Shown here piece after piece: positions 40,601-52,600 of a DNA stretch of 64,000 bases (positions are counted from its first letter, which is position 1; the number at the start of each line of letters is the position of its first letter). A program made the position numbers and the translations under genes. The notes below the pieces were generated by a model, which saw nothing but the letters and a program-made list of their open reading frames with translations, did no database searches and was not told the DNA's origin. Source of the DNA: Leucoraja ocellata (Eukaryota). Location: contig JAWMAR010000134.1 of the NCBI GenBank assembly GCA_036785375.1, positions 2,914,001 through 2,978,000 on the forward strand, in the 5' to 3' direction.

Positions 40601-43600
40601 CAATGATCTTCTGTCTGAGCACTCCAAATGTTGTTTATGGTATCACAAGTGCTTGGGCCAAATATTTATTTCAACCTATAAACCATTGCTCATATATAGA
40701 GAGGAAGATCTTCTGCTGTAAGGAATGTTAGGATTGTTTGACTTGATTTATGCATTCCAGTGGTAACTTTAGGTGGCTGAGGGCACTTGGCCATGTCCCA
40801 TTAGCGTGCATGGGTGTAAATAAAGGCAGTCAATGTGAAGGTTGCTGTGGCCCAAGTCCTGTGCTGTTTGATGTTAATAATATTGTTCCATTCAGGATCC
40901 TGAGGGCAAACCAAAGAAGGCAAACATCCGCGATAACGGAGATGGGACGTACACTGTGTTCTATGTCCCTGATATGACTGGACATTACACCATCACTATC
41001 AAGTACGGAGGCGATGAAATCCCCTATTCACCATATCGAATCCATGCCATTCCTACTGGAGATGCCAGCAAGTGTCTGGTAACAGGTGCAGTCAATGGTT
41101 ACGTCTATCTATGTGTCTAAACAAGAAGTTGAAATAGATAAACGCCCAACTTCCCCCAAGCCACTGGAGTCTACTCTTCCTGGGTAGCAAATCTGATCAA
41201 ACAATCAGCTACATTGGAAATTGAGAAGGGAAGTGAAGTTGGATCCCTGGAAACCTGGGGTTTTGTAGTGAAGTTGTGACCGAGGTCCTGGGAATGTGAT
41301 CTGGGCAATGGTGTTGTGTTGATTCCTTGCTTACACGTGTCCCAGGGATTCCCTTACCAACAGGAACTGGGGTCATCCTGGATAATAAACTTTGAATACC
41401 ATAGATCCCCAGGAATATATTTAGTTAAATCTCAACTGTTTGGCTACCAAAGGAATTATAGTAGTGGTGACGCTAGGGTTTGTGGGCCCCAGCCATGGGT
41501 AATGTTGGTGCTCTGGGTGGGAACAGCTCTCGGGTCCCTGTGGTTTGTGTGTGCTAGACTGGCCCAGCAGCTTCATGAACCGATGCTACATGAATACAGA
41601 GATTTATTTCAACCTCTCTTGTCTTGTGCTTCTTGCAAACGTCAATTAATCTGTGTTTTGAGTTTATGGGTGACAGTTTCTAACTGGCTGCTCTTCCCCC
41701 ACAGTGTCCATCGGTGGCCATGGACTAGGTGAGTGACCTTCCTCCAAACTACTCAGTTCTTCAGCCTCTTTGAACCAGGAAATTCCAAACCCCACCACCC
41801 GCCTCCCCAGGGGCTCGCTGTTCGTGAGCTGGAACAAGAGCCCTGCTGAGTTCCCATCTAACCAGAGTTCACAAACATTGTAGCTGGATTCTGAACTCTG
41901 GGTGATTTTTGTTTCTTGTATCTCCCCTGCCACCCCACCCCCACTTCACCCAAATGCTTATTGTGACCCAAGTGGCTGCCTTGGTTGTGGTGACAAGACA
42001 AATGTAATTGAACTTAAAATATTTGTTTCTGTTTGACCTCCATCTACTGGCCCACCTGCTGCTCTTCACCCCCACCCTGTCCCCATCTCTCTCCTGTTCC
42101 AGCCCTTCAGTGAGTTGCTTCTAGTTTTATTTTATGTATTGTGTTGGGAGATGGAACTGCTCCTGGTGCCACTGTCTATTTCAATCCGGTCTGCAGAGTG
42201 TTCTAATGCTCCTTCCCGACTCTGTGTCCTGACAACTGATGGAGTCTTACCCCACAAAAGTACAGTGTCTGTAACTTTCATTGTGTGTAAAACCTAGTGT
42301 GAATCGCACCACACATTAACCATGACGCCTAATCCATTTCCAGGGGCAGGACTTGGTCCAACCATCCAGATTGGCGAGGAGACGGTCATAACAGTGGATG
42401 CCAAGGCAGCTGGCAAAGGGAAGGTCACATGCAAGGTGTCGACCCCTGATGGAGCTGAGCTGGATGTCGATGTGGTTGAGAATCATGATGGAACATTTGA
42501 CATTTATTACACAGCACCGGAACCTGGCAAATATGTTATTACCATCCGCTTTGGTGGGGAACTTATACCCAACAGCCCGTTCCATGTGGTGGTAAGTAAT
42601 GCCAACTAGTTAGCATTACTGGATCGTGCTATTGGCATTCAACACCATAATAATTAAATGGTAGACATAACCTGTTATTTATGGTGGCATTTTTAACAGG
42701 ACCCAGAAGTGCATTTGCCTATGTCTGCAAATACTTAATTCATGAAGTTTGGAAAACCATTAAATTAAAGTCCCATATATATTATAAGTACTGGCAACAC
42801 GTATAAAAGCAAGGATCTTGCACTAGACTTTTTTATAAAACAATGTTTGGGACCTAATTGTTCTGGATGTCTATTCCAAATTTCAGGAAGGTTTTGTATG
42901 CCATTTTAAACAAATACAATTAAGCATTTGCAGGCTGGGATGGAGGGACCAGGGATGAGGGACATCAGCTGTAAGAAGCTATTGGATAAGCTGGAGCACT
43001 GAGCAGAGGAGGTTTGTGGAAAAAGTTGGTAGATGTTTTCACAACTTTCTCAATATCATTTGCAGCAGAATTAAGTTTTAAAAACTGTTTCCAATGCAGG
43101 AAGCTTCAAAACCAGAGTATCATTAGGCAAAGATTCCAAGGGGAGAAAGAAGAATTGTATTTCAGAGTTATTGTGGTGTACAATTTGCTTGACAAAGATT
43201 GGTGGAAGCAAATTCAGTAACCTTAAAAGGAATTGAACTGAGACGAGGGGAATGAAAAGGAAAGTTGCCAGGCACAGACCTGGAATAAGCGAACAACTGG
43301 AGTACAACCATGTGCCAAACTATTTTATGTACTATCTTTCTTTAAATTGTATGACCTTGTTTTAGGATCATTATGTCTAAAATATTATCATGTCTGATCC
43401 AAAAAAGCTCCCTGTGGTGAAGATTTTGAATTCCTGGACGTCCATCTAAAATGGGAATGTTGGTGTCAGAGTTATATAGCATGCAATCATTGTATCTGTT
43501 TCGACCTTTTCCTTTTTGAAGTTCATTCCATATACCCACAAATTTGTGGAAAGCGTAGCCCCTTGGGGCCCCTACTCTCTAAGGTTAAAATAAAAAGCCC

Positions 43601-46600
43601 CAGCCTATCCAGTATCTCCTTATGATTCAAGCCCTCCAGTCCTGGTTACATCCCTGTGAATCTTTTCAGAATTCTTTCCAGCTTGATAACATCCTTCCAA
43701 TAGCTGGGTGACCAGAACTGCACATAATACTCCAAGTATGGTTCACCAACATCTTGTACAGTTTCCCCATCCCTGAAGTTAGGCTCTCAGGCTTGTCCTC
43801 GTAGCCCTTCTGAAATGCTCACTATTAGCCACCGTCTAGTTTTTAAAATGTAATGAATACCTTTTATGGTGGAAATAAGGGAAACTGTTGCAAGTAGGGA
43901 GGCCCGAGTGGGAATTGAGTTCTGTTTTAGGTATGAATCAATGGTGGTTAGCAGTGTATGAGGGAAGATTTGGGATATGGCGGGAGAATGGGGAGGGGTT
44001 ACAATCTTGCTCTAACTTTAATGTTCATTGTTCTAGACTACCATCAGATGGAATAGTTTCTTGTAGTCTAACCAACCAAATCCTTCAATCCACTTGCACA
44101 TCTAATAATGAATAACACTTTAATCACCTATATTTGAGAGAATACTATCTGTAAAGCAGCTCCAAACCAATGTAAACACTTTCTTGGGTATCGTGTCCGG
44201 ACTGATTTGGATTTTTTGCTTTGGTCTGACAATCTCTCCGTTTAGTTCTGATGTAATATGCTGTTTAGTGTTAAAGTTCATATGAGGTAGCAGGTGACTA
44301 TTCTATCAACCTTTTGTGGTGACTTTTATCTGCAATGGTTTAGTGATTCTGCATCCACGCAATACAAAATCCCTTAAATTCAATCAGAATATTAATCTGT
44401 GAAGCCATGTTCCCAATAACTGGACTCTGTTTAGAATTTTAATTTTAAAAAAAAATCAAAGAATTGGAAGAACATGGGGAGAAGATCTAACATGTGGAGA
44501 ACAAGTCATTTGTGATGTATGGCCTCTGTTCTGACCCATGTCCCTCTGCGCCTCCATGTTCCGAGTCCAGTTAAATGGATGTCCACATCATTTTCCCCAT
44601 CCCCAACTCTGGCCAGAACTTCCCAGACCATTACAAACTAACGTCACCTGAATATCACCATGGAAAGAGGTGTTCAGAGGAATACTGGCTTATGGGAGTG
44701 CAGTTACCGTCCCCAAACCAGCTCCATTCTCTTGTCGCATTGTCACTGTGCTTCTCCCTTGCCTGTTTTGAAACTTTTCGGATGCAAGTTTTGGGAGTTT
44801 TGTGTTGGACTTGTTTAACTTTTAGCTTGCTCCAATCATAGGCCTGTGATGCCATCCCCATCATTGAGGAGCCCTGCGATACCCTGCAGCTACACCAACC
44901 CTATGTGCCTTGCCGTGCTGGCTATCCACCACACTGGGTATAAGATTTAACCACCAACTACTCTCTTCAAGCAGGACTTCCATTCTCTCCTTCCTTCTCC
45001 TCAACCTATTTTTCAGTTTCCATGATGCCATCTCTAATCTTTTAATCCTTCTGTCCTGTTTTTGGTCATTTTGTCATTTTATTGCATTCGGCTTGTTCTC
45101 GCGCTCATAGTCTGTCTTTCCTCAATCCCTCGCTGATTCTTGAATCTACTGGTCTTTAACCACAGACTGGATGGAGTCCTGTCTTGCCTCTTTTGTATGC
45201 ATCAATGCTTCTGTTGGATTTTTTGGTAGCTGGTTCTCTTCCTACTTTTACAAATATCATAGTAGAATAAATTAAGCTCCTGGTAAATCTCTATATGATT
45301 TTTGGACATTGTGATCAAAAGGAGAATTCTCTGAATGAAGTTTGGTCGTGTTGCTGATGGAGTTTCCATACTTGGCTGGCTGCATGTGATCAGGACGCTC
45401 AGCTGAAATAATTTAATAAACATAAATCTACCATCATTGTATGGAAGAAAGAGATGATGCCTTTCTGCACCTGGGATTAATTTGACCCAGATGGACTTGG
45501 AGGCCCCTCCATCAGCTCTTTAAATTTGCCACCGATATCTACCCTTTTTTCTCTGGGGTAGTTTAAAAGTCAATGTACAGATTTACCAAGGTTCAGTTTG
45601 TTCTGTTCAGTTTGTTTTGTTTGGCCATTTGTAGTGATTAGTAGATTTATAATCACAAGAATCTGTTTACATTCCCCAAACGAGCACTGAGATGGCTAGT
45701 TGGCTCCGGAGCCTCTAGTTGATCCGCAGAAACTCTGGGCAGAGGTGGGACATTAAAGAAAGGACCACAAATGTTAAATCCCTGTCTCTCTCTGTCCCAT
45801 GGCTGCTTTCCTCCTTGCTGTATGTTGTAGGTGGGGAGAAGTGAATTTTCGAGGTTGGATGACCCGAGCTTAAGTAAAAAGGATGAGTGAATCCAGTCAC
45901 CTCATGGTTGTTCCTGTGTTGATTGGCAAGCAGGTGATCAATGGGTAGGAATAGTGTCCAGAAATTCAACCAATCCAGTAGCTTGTAACAGAGGGTCCTG
46001 TCCGGAATTGTCCATTTGCTGTGCTTAAAGCTGGTCAACTGCAGAACTTTAGTTCTCCAATGACAGGAATGTTACCTGATCCCTGTGCAGGTTGCTGCCT
46101 ATAGTCTCACTACTCCTCCTGGTCTAGCCCTATTTGCAGCTCACCCGATCATTCTTGCATAGATCCTCGCTCTGCTGAACTGACCCAGAGTTAATCCAGA
46201 TACTTAATGAAATGCCCTGATAATAGCCTGTTGCAAATCTTCTAGTTTGTTCTTTATTCTTCTTGCTCTCCTGCTGGTCTTTAAGCTCTAGCTATGGTTT
46301 TGGTCATTTTGCAGGCCACGGAGGAGTCTGTTGTCCCGGTTGATGTTATGGAACATGGTCTCCGGCCATTCAACCTGGTCATTCCCTTCACTGTGCAGAA
46401 GGGAGAAATCACAGGTAAGTTTTAAAATCTTCCTTCTGTGAAGTATTCTTCGCACTGGCACTGTCTGTTGCAGCACAGTAGTCTTGCTTCTTGTTCTGAA
46501 ATATTCTCGTGTCCCAGGCGAAGTCCGGATGCCATCTGGTAAAACTGGCCATCCAAACATAACTGACAACAAGGATGGGACTGTCACGGTGAAATATGCT

Positions 46601-49600
46601 CCGATCGAGAAGGGTCTGCATGAGATGGACATCAAGTATGATGGGAATCACATCCCAGGTATGTGGCTCGACTTTGTTGCCTGACCTATCACCATATTAA
46701 CACAGGACCTGTGGGCTTCTTGCTGCCTCCGATTGATGCTGTTCCTTCCTGGTGTCAGTAGACTTGTATTCTTGTTATGTTGGGAATGGTTATGTGAAGT
46801 GGGATCACGTTAGTGTGGCAGCCTTAAGTCTGCCATGGCCTGACTGGTGACCAGTACTCCATTCTGATTGAGCACTGATCTTTTACTGTATTCTGATGTG
46901 GGTGTGGAGGCCCCAGCGCCTGTTGACCCCGGTGCCAATATCCAGGATATGGAGAGACCCATGTACATTCCAACACTACAAGAGAAGACCTCATTTGGAA
47001 ACAATGTACCAAGGGAGGTACTGATACAAACATCAAATTGATTGGTTGACTTGTACCAACTGCAGCATCCAAAGGGAACAATGATCTTTACTGATCCTTT
47101 TATTTATTCTGTTGTAGGTAGCCCATTGCAGTTCTATGTGGATGCCATTAACAGCGGTCATGTAACTGCTTTTGGACCTGGTTTGAGCCATGGGATGGTG
47201 AACAAACCAGCAACATTTACCATTGTCACCAAGGATGCAGGAGAAGGTATGTGTGAATCCCTGAAGTTGGTAATGGGTATTAATTACACTACCCTTGCAT
47301 TGAGTTTGTGAAGCCTGCAATGGGAGAAAAGATCTGAAGGATTGGGAGAAAGCAAGGAAGAAATGTTCAATTTAAAAACCATGCTGAAAAAACTCGAAGT
47401 CAGGCAGCATTTGCAGAAAGACATAACGGTTCACATTTCTGGTCCGAAATCCTTCATAAGAAAAATGTAGGATCTGGGCTGGGGTGAAAAAATATTTGAC
47501 TAGGAAAACTATGCAAAGAATTAGTAAGAAACAACTGCAGATGCTGGTTTACACCGAAGATAGACACAATGCTAGAGTACCTCGCCGTCTGAGGAAGAGT
47601 CTCGACCAGAAATGTCACCCATTCCTTCTCTCCAGAGATGCTAGTCCCGCTGAGTTACTGCAGCATTTTGTCTATTGTCCACGCAGAGTACTGGATTACA
47701 GATTGCTGAAAGGGAAATACTGGGAAGATGTAAGTGGACAGAAGGTGACTTGCTAAATGAGAAGGATAATGGAATGAGAATTGGGTGAGGGGAGTGATTG
47801 GAAGAGTGGGAGTGGTGTTTTCTTACCAGTTGTACAATAAATAGCAAAAAACATCGTCTTTCTCTCTCACTAGGTGGCCTGTCCCTTGCTGTGGAAGGTC
47901 CCTCTAAAGCTGAAATCACATGCAAAGCCAACAAGGATGGGACCTGTACGGTGTCCTACCTGCCCACTGCCCCTGGAGATTACAACATTATTGTTCGATT
48001 TGATGACAAACACATTGCAGGGAGTCCCTTCACTGCCAAGATCACTGGTAACTTAGCATTCTTGTGGTTATATGCCTTTGTTTTGTTTTAAAGCATTCAC
48101 CCTGATATCTTGTGACTGAAGAATGTATTTTTGTAGAGAGGCATAATCCATAAATTTGTAGGGTTTAGTAGATACTGTGCATTGTAACTTGGGATCATGC
48201 TAGATTCTTTTAATCGGAATTCATAGCCAGTGCACCAGATCCAGAAAAAAGGAGTTTGTTCCAGTGTGGATTAGTTGGTGCTAATAAGGTGAATAATGCT
48301 CTTGTTGATATAATTGACAGGAAGAGCAAGCACCTTACCAATTGGGATGGTTTTTGTTTGAGTTTGTTGTTGGGTCTCTGTTCAGCAATCTCTGATTGCC
48401 ATAGTTAACACAGACTTGCTAACATCAACTTGTATTGTCATGTGTACCTAGGTACAATGAAAAGCTTTTGATGTGTGCTAACCAGTCAGCAAAAAGACAA
48501 TACATGATTAAAATTGAGACATCCACACAGTGTACAGATACATGATAAAGGGAATAATGTGAATAACGTTTACTGCAAGGTAAAGATCGATCAAATATAG
48601 TCTGAGGTAGATAGTAGTTCAGGACTAGTCTCTAGTTGTGGTAGAATGGTTCATTTCCTGAACCTGGGAAGAAACTGTCCCCGAATCTGGAAGCTTGCGT
48701 TTCCATACTTCTATACCTTTTTGCCCGATGAGAGAGGGGAGAAGAGGGAGTGGCCAGGGAACGACTCGGCCTTAATTATGCTGCTGGCCTTGCCGAGGCG
48801 GCATGAAGTATAAATGGAGTCAATGGAAGGGAGGTTGGTTTGTGTGATAGTCTGGGCTGTCTCCACAATTCTCTGCAACTTCTGTTGGTCTTGGATGGAG
48901 CTATTCCCAAACAATGCTGTGATGCATCCCGATTAAAATGCTGTCTATGGCGAATCTGTAGAAGTTGGCGAGAGTTGTTCCAGATATGCCGAACCTCTTA
49001 AGCCTTCTAAGGAAGTTGGAGGTGTTTCAGCAGATCCACTGTGGTCCATGTTGTGAGAGAGTGGATGAAAGGAGTGATCTGTATCTATTCTGTATTGTAT
49101 TTTTTCACCTTACCAATTGGGATGGTCCAACAACCTCTAAGTCTGTGATATAAAGGGGTTTATAATCCATTTGTTACCTGTGCCAATGCTGGTTGAACAG
49201 TATTGGAATAGACCATGAAGGCCCCGCTCTTTCATATTAATCATAACCATAAAATAATTACAGCACGGAATGGTTATGGTTAAATGAAAGAGCGGGGCTT
49301 TCATGGTCTATTCCAATACTGTTCAACCAGCATTGGTTGAACTTTTAATAATATTCTACTTTTAAAACTCCAGCCAGTCCAACAATCATATGGGTTGGAG
49401 AAGGAGAGGTAATTGCAAGGGTACTGGGAATAATGGCCATCATTGAGAACCAAATATGTTGATGAAAGCATTTTGTGCAGGTGATGACTCAATGAGAACC
49501 TCGCAACTCAACGTTGGCACATCGACTGAAGTTTCATTGAAGATTACAGAGACAGATCTCAGCATACTCAATGCCAGCATCAAAGGCCCATCGGGTAATG

Positions 49601-52600
49601 AGGAGCCCTGCTTACTGAAGAGGCTGCCCAACAGGCACATTGGTAAGACGCAGAGCGAATGGTGATTACAGCTAGAAGCTAACTTGGCAAGTGGGTATAT
49701 TGATTAGACACTGGCGTTTGTTAGACATTTATTAAAGGGCGATTTTGTTGTTTTTAATTGTATTAACCTGTAAACCATTTGAGAAAATGTGGATTCCATT
49801 TTTGGATGGATGCAGGAGACTGAGGCATGATATTGTAGAGGTGCATAACATCATGATGGAAATAGGTAGGGTTAATGCACAGTCTTTTACCCAGAGAGGG
49901 GTTTCAAGAACCAGAGGACACGGGTTTAAGGTGAGAGGGGCAAGATTTAATAGGATGTTTTTGTACTCGGAATGGTGGGTACAAGGAATAAGTTGCCAGA
50001 GGTGGTAGTTGAGGCAGGTACTATAAACAACATTTAAAAGACTCTTAGACAAATATGTATAGGAACGTTTTAGAAGGATATGGGTCAAATGCAGGCACAG
50101 CTTAAATGGGGTACCTTGGTAGGCGTGGACGTGTTGGGCCGAAGGGCCTGTTTCTGTGCTATATAACTATATCCAAGACTATATTTTGGAGATTCAGCAT
50201 GGTTGTAACAAGGTGACATATTGACCCTGGAGACAACTAAAACCAAGCTTATGTCCTACAAGTGTAAAAGGTTTAAAAACTGTCTGAACTGAGGTATTTG
50301 ATATATTCCATTTATCTGACTGTTCCAGAGCTTTGTCTAGGAGGAATGATATCAGGGAGCTTTGCATTAGGGATTTCGTAAAAAAAAATTAAGTCTTGAG
50401 ATAAACATGGATTTTTGTTGGATTATGGTTTCAAGACTATGAAGGAGCACAAGACTAGCCTTGTCTCAATAAGTGGTATAGTAAGCTTGAAAGTGAACGA
50501 TCTCCTCTGATACCTTAAAAAAATAATCAGAATGTGATCATTCTCTCAAATTCAACATTGGTGAGAAACAATGTGATTGAAGACTTTTAGGCAGAATAAA
50601 TAAAAATAGATCCTTTTCAGCTAGAGAAGATCAATTCTAGACTAAGCATAAGATTTGGATTGTGTAAGAAAAGGTTGTGAGGGTGTAACATTAAATCTGA
50701 TAGTTAATTGTCATGTACACAAATGGAATGAAATTCCTTGTTCACGTGAGTCTCACTAAACAGTATTCTTGCAATAATGATTTATAAATGTAAATACAAT
50801 GACTAGGGCAATGCAGTATAATTGTGCAAGATTGTAGTGCAAAAGAATGAGCAGTGGGGAAGAAGTCTGCAGTTGGGGAGGGGGATCATCCCATGGTGGT
50901 GGGAGGTGAATTTTTCTGGATAGGGGATGATGATAAATAGGAGTCTGTCCAGTGAGTTGGTTAGTCTTTGAGAAACTTATTGTGTTTTGGTGTTTCTGGC
51001 TGTAACAGATCAGATGTTCTGTCCATTGTTATTTCTTGCCTCCTCCAATTTCTGAACAACTTCATCCCCATTTCCCTTCCTTTCAACAGGTATTTCATTC
51101 ACCCCAAAGGAAGTGGGAGAACATGTGGTGAGTGTGAAGAAAAATAACCGTCATGTTACAAACAGCCCTTTCAAGATCATGGTGGGGGCCTCCGAGATTG
51201 GTGATGCCTCCAAGGTGAAAGTTTCTGGGAAAGGACTGGTGGAGGGTCGAACATTTGAGGTGTCGGAGTTCATCGTGGACACAAGGGGTGCAGGTAAGGG
51301 CCAGTTCCTCTGAGGACCATTTCACGACTCGGGAGATGCCTTGTTTCAATTGGCAACTGAATAGCGAAATTCTCCTGCATGTGGACTGTCACTGGAGGCA
51401 AACTTGCTCAGGCCACGAGTGAAAATTGTAACCAGTCTCCAAACCGGAGGTGATTTATGTAGATGTTTGGGATGAATAACTAAATGACCAAATGGGTATT
51501 GGAGGACATTTGTAAATTTAAAGATCAATAAAAGAGATGCATTTAACATGAGGGCAGGCAATCCTTTGTTATTGATGTACTGTTTTGCACCCATCTCCCA
51601 GGTTATGGAGGACTTGGTCTGTCCATTGAAGGTCCCAGCAAAGTTGACATAAATTGTGATGATCAGGAGGATGGAACGTGCAAAGTGACTTACTGCCCAA
51701 CTGAGCCAGGCAACTACATTATCAACATTAAATTTGCTGATTGTCATGTGCCAGGTAAGTAACTACAAAGTGAAAGCTCCTTCATGTTGCAAAGGCATGG
51801 CAATATGATTTGAATAATATTTAGATTTCAACAGAAGCTTCCGCTATGAATCACTGACATGATTTGCATCCAGCAGGTTACTCGGTAACTACAGGACTTG
51901 GTATTTAACTTACTACAAATTATCATATGACATTTATTGCAGGAAGTCCTTTTACAGTGAAGATGACTGGTGAAGGGAGAATTAAGGAGAGTATCACAAG
52001 AAGGCGCCAGGCACCCTCCATAGCAACTGTGGGCAGCACCTGTGACCTGAATCTGAAGATTCCAGGTACAAACAACTGAGTCGAGGAGAAGTGTAATTTC
52101 TTTTGTGTTAGAATAGATGTTGGCTGCCCTTATTCTGATCAATTTCCTCTATTTCTGCCAATTATTATCTTCAAATGGATACTGTTCTTCATCAAATAGT
52201 AACATTGCAGTTGATCAGAGGTGAAAGTGGAAAGGATTTGCTTTTAATGCCTTTCTCCTAATTTTGAGACTGACCTGGAACTTTTGAGTTTTACTTTAAG
52301 AATAAAGCATTAATCTTATGGAGATTGTCACCTGCCTCTAAACATGCAGAAATCCTGAATTTCCCCACACCTGCCTGGGAATTTCCTTATTACACCTGAT
52401 GTTGGCTTTTCATGGACTTCATTTACTTGGGCAGTTCTTAACACTTCATGGAGATCTGCCTACTATTTCTGAACCAAAATATACCAAGTAAAGTGAGCAC
52501 ATCCATTTGAATGGAGAAAAATGTCTAAGAGCAAAGAGGCTCCCGCCTCAGGGCGATTGAAGCTCCCGTGTCGGGGCCGTTGAAGCCCCTGCAGCTTGGA

